The notes under the pieces are model-generated. The model did not search any database. It was given only the letters and a program-made list of their open reading frames with translations, and had not been told where the DNA came from. The translations under genes were made by a program, and so were the position numbers. A DNA stretch of 40,246 nucleotides from the IMG/VR virus record IMGVR_UViG_3300048599_000191, positions 1 to 40,246 of that record; one strand, written 5' to 3'. Positions 21,871 through 30,920 of this stretch are shown in pieces (within the stretch, counting starts at the first letter, position 1; each line of letters starts with the position of its first letter). The stretch is from a virus.

Positions 21871-22736
21871 TGGCCAAGCTCTTCAACCTCGCCCGCATGA
21901 CCACGACGACCACGGGCACGGGCACAATCACGCTTGGCGCCGCGGTCTCGGGCTATCTGAGCTTCGCGGGTGCGGGCGTGGCGAACAGCGACGTGATCGA
22001 CTACGCCATCAAGGATGGCAATAGCTCCGAGATTGGGATCGGAACATATTCGTCGTCCGGCCCGACGCTGACGCGAACGGTCACCAAGTCCACCAACAGC
22101 AACAGCCCGATCAATCTTTCCGGTGCGGCAGAGGTCTTCATCACCCCCCGCGCCGAAACTCTTAATGGCGCGGCGCAGTTGAGTAACTTGGCAACCGTGG
22201 CAACGACCGGAGCGTATAGCGATCTGTCTGGAAAGCCAGGCTTAGCCTCGACAGCGGAAGCGCAGGCGGGAACAGATACAGCAAAAACGATGACGCCCGC
22301 TCGAACGGCGGAAGCCATCGCGGCGCTTGGTGGGTCAGGATGGGAGCAGATCGGCTCCACACAGACGCTCGGCTCAAACACATCTTATGTTGAGCAATCG
22401 TGGACAGCAGGGACATACCGGCAGGTGATGTGTCTTGCTGCAATAAAATGCACATCAAACGTGGCGTCTTGTAGATTTGCTCTCAGAAACAGTTCAACTG
22501 AGATACTTTATCTAAGTAGTTCTCAAGCTTTATCGACAGGGTCTTTCGCACCCTTTGAAGCAGTTTCTACGATTGCCGTCGGTGTGTGCCAGTTAATAAG
22601 AATTTCGCCCACCTCCAGCTCAGTCTATGATTGTGTTGCAAGCACTAGTGCAACTACTCCAGATCGAATGCGCATATCACCTCCGTCAGCAAGTTTAGCT
22701 GCTGGTTCTGTTTTTATGTTCTTCGGCTTGAGGTAA
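21870..22736 (+). CDS. Fibre / receptor-binding-like protein (288 aa) with a low-GC C-terminal domain
   Basis: Fibre motifs ATVATTGAYSDLSGKP and AEAQAGTDTAKTMTPARTAEAI. GC drops sharply from about 22380 to the stop. Confidence 0.7.
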   Translation: MAKLFNLARMTTTTTGTGTITLGAAVSGYLSFAGAGVANSDVIDYAIKDGNSSEIGIGTYSSSGPTLTRTVTKSTNSNSPINLSGAAEVFITPRAETLNGAAQLSNLATVATTGAYSDLSGKPGLASTAEAQAGTDTAKTMTPARTAEAIAALGGSGWEQIGSTQTLGSNTSYVEQSWTAGTYRQVMCLAAIKCTSNVASCRFALRNSSTEILYLSSSQALSTGSFAPFEAVSTIAVGVCQLIRISPTSSSVYDCVASTSATTPDRMRISPPSASLAAGSVFMFFGLR

Positions 22737-22740
22737 TCGC

Positions 22741-23046
22741 ATGGCTATTCGAGCGATGATCGATGGCGTTGAATGCGATCTGACGCCTGAAGAAGAAGAG
22801 GCGTTCATTTCCGAGAGGGCTTCTGCGCCGCAGCCCGAACCGCGCCTTGTGCGCAAGAGCCTCATCATCGATCGGCTGCATGAGGCTGGAAAGCTTGATG
22901 ACGCATATGCGGTGTTGCAGGGCGCGTCGCTTTACGACAGGCAGCGGTGGGAATCGCGGGATGCTATCTATTTCAACGATCCGACGATGCTCGCAGCGCT
23001 GAATGCTGTCGGCGCGGACCCTGACGTGATCATGGCTCCTGAATAA
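22741..23046 (+). CDS. Small acidic protein (101 aa), possible fibre assembly chaperone
   Basis: Lies directly after a fibre gene. The function is inferred from context only. Confidence 0.5.
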   Translation: MAIRAMIDGVECDLTPEEEEAFISERASAPQPEPRLVRKSLIIDRLHEAGKLDDAYAVLQGASLYDRQRWESRDAIYFNDPTMLAALNAVGADPDVIMAPE

Positions 23047-24029
23047 TGCTCGGCTTTGACGCACTTGGAAGGCTCGCGCTTGGCGAGCTATCCCGGAAAC
23101 TCGCGAGCGGCACGCTTTCGGCCGGTGAGGGCGCTGATAGCGGTGCTCTGACCGGTCAGACGATCGTCTCCGGTGCGCTCCAGGGAGCTGAGGGCGCCGA
23201 CGCCCTGTCCAGCACCGGGCGTCTTTTGGCCGGCGGCATCTTGGCTGCAACGGACGGCGCGGACGCCGCTGCTGCAGTCGGCCAGGCACCTATAACCGGC
23301 GCGCTTTCCGTAGTCGACGGCACCGATGCTGGCGCGATTGTCGGCGGCCTTGTCAGGCTGGGTTACCTTACCGCCGTCGATGGAGCGGATCAGGCGGCGC
23401 TGACCGGCAACATCCAGCTGGCGGGAACGCTCGCTGGCATCGACGGCTCTGACACCGCGTCGGTTGCGGGGAGCGTCTTAGCCGGTGGAACATTGGCTGC
23501 CACGGACGGCGCCGATATCGTCACGATTGTTGGACTTGGCACCCGCTCCGCAACAATCACGGCAATAGATGGTGCTGATCAGGCCGCAATCGCCGGTGGT
23601 GTTGCCATCTCCGGGAATTTCGCCGGCGTGGACGGCGCCGACCAGGCCGCGCTGAACGGTGGCAAAGATGCGCAACAACAGCTGGTCGACGGTCTCGATC
23701 GCATCGACTTCGAACCCCTGGAGCGCAGCCGGCAGGAGCGGGAGCGGCGCAAGCGCAAGGACCATGACGATCTAAACAGCTCGATCGAGCGCGCCTACCG
23801 CAAGGTGATGGGCGTGCCCGTGGGCGATGCCATCGTCTCGGCTCCGCCGGCGGCCGAGCGAAAGATTGCCGTGACCGCCATGCGCTCGCTTGAGCATGAC
23901 GGTCTTGAGCAGTTGAGGCTCTCGCTTTCCGAAATGCGCCGGCTGGTGCGCGACTACGAGCGCCAGATCATGGTCGAGAGCCAGGCCCGCAAAAACCGAG
24001 CGATCGCGCTGATCCTATTGGCAGCTTGA
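23046..24029 (+). CDS. Repeat protein: nine exact-period 21-aa (D/E)G(A/T/S)D repeats, a coiled coil and a hydrophobic C-terminus (327 aa)
   Basis: The (D/E)GxD motif occurs at residues 28, 49, 70, 91, 112, 133, 154, 175 and 196. RERRKRKDHDD coiled region. The protein ends ...AIALILLAA. Confidence 0.7.
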   Translation: MLGFDALGRLALGELSRKLASGTLSAGEGADSGALTGQTIVSGALQGAEGADALSSTGRLLAGGILAATDGADAAAAVGQAPITGALSVVDGTDAGAIVGGLVRLGYLTAVDGADQAALTGNIQLAGTLAGIDGSDTASVAGSVLAGGTLAATDGADIVTIVGLGTRSATITAIDGADQAAIAGGVAISGNFAGVDGADQAALNGGKDAQQQLVDGLDRIDFEPLERSRQERERRKRKDHDDLNSSIERAYRKVMGVPVGDAIVSAPPAAERKIAVTAMRSLEHDGLEQLRLSLSEMRRLVRDYERQIMVESQARKNRAIALILLAA

Positions 24030-24037
24030 GGAGTGTC

Positions 24038-24385
24038 ATGACCAGCAAGGCCTACCGCGAGAATTTCAAACTGATCGACTTCTCTCGGGACATAGCGTTA
24101 CCCGTGAAGGTGCGATCGGAGCCCAAGCGCTCCGATCTGCCGTGTCCCCGGATCGCGAGCGATATCATGTCGCCGGTCCAGTCCCAGCTGGACGGCAAGA
24201 TTTATGACAGCAAATCGGCACTGCGCGCGACCTATCGGTCCGCGGGTGTCATCGAGGTCGGTAACGATCCAGCCCGGCTGAAGCCGCGGCAAAAGCCGCC
24301 GGTTGAGGACAGGGCGATCGCCGACGCGGTCGACAAGGCGGCTGCCCGTTTCAATCGCGGCGAGCGGACTTCGCGCGCCAAGTAA
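24038..24385 (+). CDS. Hypothetical protein (115 aa)
   Basis: GAGGAG RBS at 24027-24032. Confidence 0.6.
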   Translation: MTSKAYRENFKLIDFSRDIALPVKVRSEPKRSDLPCPRIASDIMSPVQSQLDGKIYDSKSALRATYRSAGVIEVGNDPARLKPRQKPPVEDRAIADAVDKAAARFNRGERTSRAK

Positions 24386-24439
24386 TTACCGCGCCCGGCG
24401 GGTTTCCGGGCAACGCACCCTCTCAGACAGGACAATCTA

Positions 24440-25663
24440 ATGGACATCGACAACGGTGGCGCATCCGCGCCGGCTGAACCCATTGACGCGCGCATTGATG
24501 ACGCCCCGGCGTCGCCGCCCAATCCGATCTCGACCGAGTCGAACAGCGAGCCGGAGCATGTTTCGATCGACGATGCGATCGAGCGCGCATCCGCCAAGGT
24601 TGAGGGCAAGGACCGGTCTGACGACCAGGCGAAGGATCAGCCCAAACCGGTGAAATCCGAACAGCCGCGTGACAATGGCCGCTTTGCAGCAAAAGAGCCG
24701 GCCAAGGAGGCCGTCACCAAGGACGCGCCCGCGAAGGATACAGCGCCGAAGCCGGCCGATCCCGCACCAAAGGCGGGAGATGGCGTTGAGAAGGCGGCCG
24801 CCGGTGACAAGAGCCCGGAGGGTGATCCCGCGCAGAAGCCGTCGGCGACCGTGCATGCCGCCCCGGCGCGCTTCTCAACTGACGCCAAGGCTGCCTGGGA
24901 CACCGCTCCCGAGCCGGTGAGGGCGGAAGTAACGCGGATGGAGCGCGAGCTGACCGCCGGTGTCGAGAAGTACCGGCAGCGGGCTGAGCGGGATTCGTCG
25001 ATCGACGAGTTCCATGAGCTGGCGGCCAAGACCGGGACCGACGTCAAATCGGCGTTGACCAAATACGTCAACATGGAGCAGCTCCTCCGCACTAACCCGC
25101 TGAAAGGCCTCGAGGCGGTGTGCGACAACATCGGTGTTTCGCTCAAGGAAGTGGCCGCCGTTGTCATGGGACAAACCCCCGACCAGGCCGCGAGCCAGAA
25201 TGATGCGACGATCCGCGATCTGCGCGGCACGATCGCGCAACTGGAACAGAGATTGGCCGGAGTGTCACAGCGCTTTCAGCAGCAGGATGATGCCGCCTTG
25301 CATGACCTGATCGGCGGTTGGGCCGCCGACAAGCCGCTCTTCGAGATTCTGGCGCCGCACATCGCGGCGGAGCTGAAACAGAACAACCATCCCGCGACCA
25401 CGGCAGGCCTGGATGCGGCCTACAGCAGTGTTCTGGCGCGCCATCCCGAATTGGCCGCTCTCGGGAAACCGCCTGGCGCAAAGCCGGGCGCGAAGGAGTC
25501 CGCTGAGGCCTCAGCCGCCGCAGCAGCCGCCCTCGAGGCTCAGACCCTTAAGGGCACGAAGTCCATCAACGGTGCTCCCGCGCCCGGCTCAGACCCGACG
25601 GCGAAGAAGCGCTCCAAATCCATCGACGAGGCCATTGATCGTGCTTTCGAGGCCGCTGGCTGA
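24440..25663 (+). CDS. Putative scaffolding protein (407 aa, acidic, Ala/Pro/Lys-rich)
   Basis: Immediately upstream of the capsid gene. Low-complexity N-terminal third, helical remainder. Confidence 0.55.
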   Translation: MDIDNGGASAPAEPIDARIDDAPASPPNPISTESNSEPEHVSIDDAIERASAKVEGKDRSDDQAKDQPKPVKSEQPRDNGRFAAKEPAKEAVTKDAPAKDTAPKPADPAPKAGDGVEKAAAGDKSPEGDPAQKPSATVHAAPARFSTDAKAAWDTAPEPVRAEVTRMERELTAGVEKYRQRAERDSSIDEFHELAAKTGTDVKSALTKYVNMEQLLRTNPLKGLEAVCDNIGVSLKEVAAVVMGQTPDQAASQNDATIRDLRGTIAQLEQRLAGVSQRFQQQDDAALHDLIGGWAADKPLFEILAPHIAAELKQNNHPATTAGLDAAYSSVLARHPELAALGKPPGAKPGAKESAEASAAAAAALEAQTLKGTKSINGAPAPGSDPTAKKRSKSIDEAIDRAFEAAG

Positions 25664-25687
25664 GTCCCTTCATAGAGAGGTTTGAAA

Positions 25688-26704
25688 ATGGGTCAGTTGA
25701 CCGCAGTCGAGAAAAATCAGGAAATCCTGTCACTCGCCCTCGAGGATCGTTCGGCGGGCTATCAGGATCTGGTCTCCAACTCCAACGCACTGTTGGCCGT
25801 GCTCAAGCGCAAGGGTCTGTGGGAGCCGTATTCCGGCCCCAAGATTCGTCAGCGCCTGCTCTACAACAAGACCGGTTCGGCGGTCTGGTACAACGGGTTT
25901 GACTTCCTCAACCCACGCCCGGCCGAGCTGTTCAATGACGCCGAGTTCACGCCGAAAATGCTCGCCGTTGCGGTGGTCATGTCCAATGAGGAGATCCTCA
26001 ACAACCAGGGCACGAACCAGCTCAAGGACGTCATGAAGGCCCACATCAAGGCGGCCGAGGGCGAACTTCAGGACGAAACCGACCGCTCGATCCACTCGAA
26101 CGGCTCGGGCTTCGGCGGGAAGGAACTCGGTGGCTTGCAGCTGGCGATTCCGACCGTGACCAATGCCGGCATCTATGGCGGCATTAGTCGCGTGGATAAC
26201 GCGATCTGGCGCACGTCGACGTTCGATGCCCAATCGGACTTCCCGGGCTTCACCCAGGTCAACAAGGACACGATCCGGCCGATCTTCAACCGGATCATGA
26301 CCCGGCGTTCGCGCAACAAGCGTGGCGCGGACCTGTTGCTGTGCTCGCAGGAGCACTACGAGGCTTACGATGCCGCAACGGTGTCGATCCAGCGCATCAA
26401 CGACGAGACCGGGCTCGGCAAGCTCGGCTTCCAGGCGTTGAAGTATTTCGGCGCCGGCCGAACCGCGGAGATCGTGCAGGATGGTGGCATCGGGTCCAAC
26501 ATGCCGGCGAACACCACCTATGGCCTCGATACGGAGTCGCTGCGCATGCGGTATCATCCGGAGCGCAACTTCTCGAAGATCGGATCGGCGATGATGCCGA
26601 TCAATCAGGACGCGGTGGTGCAGTACATCGGTCTCATGGGCGAACTGACCATGGAGAATCCGCTGTTCAACTGGAAGCTGATCGACAGCAATCCGGCCGC
26701 CTAA
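25688..26704 (+). CDS. Major capsid protein (338 aa)
   Basis: Position after the scaffold gene, its size, and an AGAGAGG RBS. A hairpin with a T-run follows. The family was not identified by name. Confidence 0.75.
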   Translation: MGQLTAVEKNQEILSLALEDRSAGYQDLVSNSNALLAVLKRKGLWEPYSGPKIRQRLLYNKTGSAVWYNGFDFLNPRPAELFNDAEFTPKMLAVAVVMSNEEILNNQGTNQLKDVMKAHIKAAEGELQDETDRSIHSNGSGFGGKELGGLQLAIPTVTNAGIYGGISRVDNAIWRTSTFDAQSDFPGFTQVNKDTIRPIFNRIMTRRSRNKRGADLLLCSQEHYEAYDAATVSIQRINDETGLGKLGFQALKYFGAGRTAEIVQDGGIGSNMPANTTYGLDTESLRMRYHPERNFSKIGSAMMPINQDAVVQYIGLMGELTMENPLFNWKLIDSNPAA

Positions 26705-26719
26705 GGGCCTTCGCGCAAA

Positions 26720-26754
26720 CGTCCGCGGTGCTCCCGCCGCGGACGGTGCTTTTT
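26720..26754 (+). terminator. Hairpin (9-bp stem CGTCCGCGG/CCGCGGACG) followed by GTGCTTTTT; partial terminator after the capsid gene
   Basis: Stem and T-run read directly from the sequence. A 5-nt gap separates the stem from the T-run. Confidence 0.45.
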
Positions 26755-26792
26755 CTCCCTTTCACCTGTTCAACGCGTGAGGAGTTTCGCGC

Positions 26793-27308
26793 ATGTCGAA
26801 ATATGTTCCTGTTACTCCGAGCCTCGGCTTCCCGCCGATCGACTCGGTCAATGTCGACAGCAATGTTGCTGGTCGCTTTTCGAAGGGACCGTGGCTCGGC
26901 CGCACCATCGAGGCGGTGGATTCCGACTACGGCAACGGCGAGTTCATCTTCCTGAAGGGCTGCGCCAACACGGTCATCGGCTCGGCCGTGCTCTACAATC
27001 CCGACGACTGGTCGACGTCACTGCTGGCTGCAAACGATATCGGTTCGGTGGCGGTGGCCATGGCGCCGGTGGGAGCCAATCAGTACGGCTGGTACCAGAT
27101 CCGCGGTAAGGCCGTGGTCAAGGCCGGGACGGTGGCCGACAATGGCAACGTCTATTCGACCGGCACCGCCGGCACCCTTGATGACGCCGTCGTCGCCGGC
27201 GACCGCGTCAAGAACGCCAAGTTCGCATCCGCCGACGGGACGCCCGCTGCCGGCCTGGCCGAGATCGAAATCGATCACCCGTTCGTCGACGACGCGGTCG
27301 CGGCCTAA
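26793..27308 (+). CDS. Putative capsid decoration / cement protein (171 aa)
   Basis: Directly after the capsid gene. GAGGAG RBS. Beta-rich, Gly/Ala/Val-rich sequence. Confidence 0.45.
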   Translation: MSKYVPVTPSLGFPPIDSVNVDSNVAGRFSKGPWLGRTIEAVDSDYGNGEFIFLKGCANTVIGSAVLYNPDDWSTSLLAANDIGSVAVAMAPVGANQYGWYQIRGKAVVKAGTVADNGNVYSTGTAGTLDDAVVAGDRVKNAKFASADGTPAAGLAEIEIDHPFVDDAVAA

Positions 27309-27326
27309 GCGACCCATCGTCTTCAG

Positions 27327-27351
27327 CCCGCCGCGGATCATCCGCGGCGGG
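27327..27351 (+). other. 25-nt GC-rich near-perfect palindrome CCCGCCGCGGAT-C-ATCCGCGGCGGG without a U-tract
   Basis: Read directly from the sequence. Could be an mRNA stabiliser or processing hairpin. Confidence 0.5.
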
Positions 27352-27389
27352 ATCCTCCTCGCACTCCCTCAGACGGAAGGTTCACCCCA

Positions 27390-28151
27390 ATGCCTCGTAT
27401 TGACAAACTCGCGACCGAGAACCTGACGGTCGCCATCTTCAAAACCCATTCCACCAGAAACGAAACGAAGTCGAAGGCGGCCGGCCGGCCCATCTACGAC
27501 GATATCGAAGTCTGCGAGCTGCGGTTTGCGGCCAATCGGCAAACGGTCGGCGTCTATCCGGCCCATGAAGTGTTCAAATGGCACGATGATCCGGAGAGCG
27601 GCGAGCGCACGCCGCTGACGTATGCGCTTGCCTATCCTGACCAGTACCGGAAGTTCAAGGCCGGCGAGGCGCAGGTGGCCTCCGGCACGCCGCTCGGGGA
27701 GTTGCCGTTCCTGTCCCAGGGCAAGCGCCTCGAGCTCAAGGCGCTCAACATCCATACCGCGGAGTCGCTCGCCGCGCTTGACGGCCAAGCGCTGCGCATG
27801 CTTGGGCAGGGCGGTCGTGAGCTGAAGGAGAAGGCGCAGGCCTATCTCGACGCCGCCACCAGCACCGCGGTGGTCACCGACCAGGCTGAGTTGATTGCGC
27901 AGTTGCGTGCGCGGATCGAGCAGCTTGAAGTCGGCCGTCCGGCAGAAAGCCCTGCCGACAGCGATGCCGATGACAAACAGGTCAATTCGGACTCGCCTTT
28001 CGCCAGCATGGATCCGGAAGACATTGTAAATTGGCTCACGGAGGTGACCAAAAAGAAGCCGCGTAAAAATCTCAGCAAGGCCGAGCTGGTGAAGCTCGCC
28101 GATGAGACAAACGCGGAGCTGGCACAGAAAGCCACAGAGGCGGCTGCGTGA
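27390..28151 (+). CDS. Conserved virion-module protein of unknown role (253 aa)
   Basis: ORF with an acidic, coiled C-terminal half. Confidence 0.6.
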   Translation: MPRIDKLATENLTVAIFKTHSTRNETKSKAAGRPIYDDIEVCELRFAANRQTVGVYPAHEVFKWHDDPESGERTPLTYALAYPDQYRKFKAGEAQVASGTPLGELPFLSQGKRLELKALNIHTAESLAALDGQALRMLGQGGRELKEKAQAYLDAATSTAVVTDQAELIAQLRARIEQLEVGRPAESPADSDADDKQVNSDSPFASMDPEDIVNWLTEVTKKKPRKNLSKAELVKLADETNAELAQKATEAAA

Positions 28152-28837
28152 GCGTTCTCACGGCTGCCCAATCGGCCGGGGTCAAGCTGCTGGGCGTAAA
28201 GCCTGGCAGCCTGTTCTCGACCACCAACAAGTTCGCGATGGAATTGGCCGACCTAGCCAATGACGTCGCTACCGATATCGCCAAGGCCCATGATTGGCAG
28301 CAACTGCGTAAGCTGGCGACGTTGAGCGGTGACGGCGTCAAGATCGCGTTCGACCTGCCAGCCGATTACGATCGGATGCTCAAGGCCACCGACGTCCACT
28401 CGAAGAACTGGAAATCGGCGAAATTCATTGCGGTCCGTGACGAAGACCAGTGGCTTTACATTCAGCAGACTGCGGCGACCGGTGCGCCCGGTTACTGGAT
28501 CATGCTAGGTGGCAAGTTCCAGATTTATCCGCCGATGCCGGTCGGCGAAGAGGCGCAATTCTACTACGTCAGAAACACCATCGTGAATGGCGCGAATGCC
28601 ACTTTCTCGAGCGATGGCGAAACGTTCGCCCTCTCGGAACGCCTGCTGATGCTCGGTCTTGTGTGGCGGTGGCGCGCGCAGAAGAAGATGGATTACGCCG
28701 AGGACATGACGAATTATGAACTCGCGCTGGAAAAGCTGATCGCCAGCGACAAGGGGTCTCAGAAGCTGGTTGCGGGCCGCCAGAGGGTGCCGACGAATGC
28801 CGCCATCGCCTTTCCCGGCGCGCTGGGGCAATCATGA
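28148..28837 (+). CDS. Putative head-tail adaptor / tail tubular protein (229 aa), GTG start
   Basis: GTGA overlap with the upstream stop. The role is inferred from gene order only. Confidence 0.45.
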   Translation: MSVLTAAQSAGVKLLGVKPGSLFSTTNKFAMELADLANDVATDIAKAHDWQQLRKLATLSGDGVKIAFDLPADYDRMLKATDVHSKNWKSAKFIAVRDEDQWLYIQQTAATGAPGYWIMLGGKFQIYPPMPVGEEAQFYYVRNTIVNGANATFSSDGETFALSERLLMLGLVWRWRAQKKMDYAEDMTNYELALEKLIASDKGSQKLVAGRQRVPTNAAIAFPGALGQS

Positions 28838-30462
28838 GAAAGCCGGCGTCGCGCGGCGCCTCGCTGCGAGCTCCGACACCGCCGATCGCGCGCGAAGCCA
28901 GGCCGGCAACCTTTCCAGCTCCCGTCGGGGGTTGGATCCGCAACGTCAATCTCGCCACTCCCGGCGCCCGATTGCCGGACGGTTCCAAGGTCAATGGCGC
29001 GTTCGCGCTCGAGAATTTCTTTCCGACGACAACCGGCGCAAGGATCCGGGGCGGCTCCGAACTTTTCGCAACGGTTGGAGATGGCACCGAGGACGTGCTC
29101 TCGCTTTTCGATTATGTGAGCGGCAACAACCGCAAGCTGTTCGCGGCCACCGAGACGGCAATATACGATATCACCAGCCCGGCTGTGCCCGATGCCTCCC
29201 CGGCGGCGGACGTCGATTTGCAGACCGGAGGCGACTGGTCTGTAGCTCAGATCGCCAACGGCGGTGGCGTGTTCCTGCGTTGCGTCAATGGCACGGACAC
29301 GCCGCAACTCTATGATGGTACGGATTGGACCACCTCGCCGGCGATTACCGGCGTCGCCGGCGGCGCCAATACGCTCTCGCATGTTTGGACCTATAAGCAG
29401 CGCCTGTTTGCGATCAAAAAGGACTCGCTGTCCGCTTATTATCTCGCGGCCGACGCGATTGGCGGGGCGGCGACCGAACTTCCGCTAGGAGGCGTGTTCA
29501 AGCGAGGTGGCTCGCTGCTGTTCGGAGCGATCTGGTCGATCGAAAGCGGCAACGGACCCGCGGAATATTGCGTATTCGTCTCGACGGAAGGCGAGGCCGC
29601 CGTCTATCAGGGTACGGATCCCGGCACATCCGCGACCTGGTCGCGGGTTGGCGTCTATCGTATCGGCAAGCCGCTCGGACCGAAGGCTGTGGTCCCCGCC
29701 GGCGGCGACTTTGCGATTGCCACCGATATCGGCCTCGTGCCGTTGTCCCAAGCCGTCCAGCGTGATTTTGCGGCGATCGCGCCGGTGGCGATATCCTACA
29801 AGATCGAGGAGGCCTGGAACGAGGCAGTGCGCCGGCGGCCGCCGAGTGGCTGGAGCTGCGAGATATGGCCGACCGAACAGATGCTGCTGGTCACGGTGCC
29901 GACAGGTGTTGGCGATCAGCCGCAAATGCTGGTCGCCAACACGCGCACCGGGGGCTGGGGCCTGTATACGGGCTGGAACGGCAAGTGCCTCAAGCACTTT
30001 CAGAACCGCCTTTTCTTCGGTTCGGAGAGCGGCAAGGTCATCGAGGGTGAGGTGACCGGCGCGGACCTGGGAGTCCCTTACACCGCAACATGCGTCTGGC
30101 TTTTTGAAAACCTGAAAACCGCCGCCACCCTCAAGGCCTCGAAATTGATGCGCGCTCTCCTGCGCAGTTCGGTGGAGAAAACCCCACAACTCTCCCTGCA
30201 GGCAGATTACGCGATCAATCTTCCGCCGGCACCAGATGATTCCAGCCAACCGTCGGGGGATGTCTGGGGCGCGGGCAAATGGGGTGTCGCCAAATGGGGC
30301 CTGCCGAAAGAGAAGCGGGTGTTTGGCGATTGGCAATCAGTCGGTGGCGGCGGCTGCGCGATTGCGCCAGGGCTGCAACTGACGAGTGGCGCTCTGGTCC
30401 GGCCTGATGATGAGATCATTCAGGTCGACGTCACCTATGAGCTTGCCGATATCGTCACGTGA
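28834..30462 (+). CDS. Putative tail tube / nozzle protein (542 aa)
   Basis: ATGA overlap. Beta-rich, Gly/Trp-rich sequence. The role is inferred from gene order. Confidence 0.45.
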   Translation: MRKPASRGASLRAPTPPIAREARPATFPAPVGGWIRNVNLATPGARLPDGSKVNGAFALENFFPTTTGARIRGGSELFATVGDGTEDVLSLFDYVSGNNRKLFAATETAIYDITSPAVPDASPAADVDLQTGGDWSVAQIANGGGVFLRCVNGTDTPQLYDGTDWTTSPAITGVAGGANTLSHVWTYKQRLFAIKKDSLSAYYLAADAIGGAATELPLGGVFKRGGSLLFGAIWSIESGNGPAEYCVFVSTEGEAAVYQGTDPGTSATWSRVGVYRIGKPLGPKAVVPAGGDFAIATDIGLVPLSQAVQRDFAAIAPVAISYKIEEAWNEAVRRRPPSGWSCEIWPTEQMLLVTVPTGVGDQPQMLVANTRTGGWGLYTGWNGKCLKHFQNRLFFGSESGKVIEGEVTGADLGVPYTATCVWLFENLKTAATLKASKLMRALLRSSVEKTPQLSLQADYAINLPPAPDDSSQPSGDVWGAGKWGVAKWGLPKEKRVFGDWQSVGGGGCAIAPGLQLTSGALVRPDDEIIQVDVTYELADIVT

Positions 30463-30920
30463 TCTCGGTTCGCTTCTCCGACTCCGCCAAGCATAGCATC
30501 GAGCTCAATGCCGCAGTCGGGGATTTTGTCTCCAACATTGTTTATGGCGAAGCGGGACAATTTTCCGCATATGCCTCACTCGCCGTTTTCGACAACGGCA
30601 AACTGATCGCCGGCGTTTTGTACCATCATTTCAGCCCCCGCGACGGCGTCATGGAGATGTCGGCCGGAGCGATCAGCAAGCGATGGCTCACGCGGCCGGT
30701 GCTTCGCGCCATGTTCGCGGTGCCGTTCGATCTGTTTGGCTGCCAGCTCGCGGTCCTTCGCGTCTCCGAGCACAACAAGACGATGCTGCGCATCGCGAAG
30801 GCCTATGGCTTCGCCGAATATGTCATCCCGCGGCTGCGCGGCCGCAGCGAGGCGGAGCACGTTCTCACGCTCGCCGACGAAACATGGCGGTCCAATCGTT
30901 TCAACAGGGGCAGAAGCTGA
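30459..30920 (+). CDS. GNAT-like N-acetyltransferase embedded in the tail operon (153 aa)
   Basis: LAVLRVSEHNKTMLRIAKAYGFAEYVIPRLRG resembles RimJ/RimL-type GNAT cores. GTGA and ATGA overlaps with both neighbours. Confidence 0.5.
   Translation: MISVRFSDSAKHSIELNAAVGDFVSNIVYGEAGQFSAYASLAVFDNGKLIAGVLYHHFSPRDGVMEMSAGAISKRWLTRPVLRAMFAVPFDLFGCQLAVLRVSEHNKTMLRIAKAYGFAEYVIPRLRGRSEAEHVLTLADETWRSNRFNRGRS

Noticed and set aside
23106-23657. CRISPR array or diversity-generating retroelement as an explanation for the repeats
   Set aside because: The 63-bp units are diverged, in frame and contiguous, with no spacers. No cas genes, reverse transcriptase or template/variable repeat pair is evident in the window.
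25730-26557. 275-aa ORF antisense to the capsid gene
   Set aside because: Shadow ORF: Arg/Leu/Val/Asp-rich, with no independent signals.
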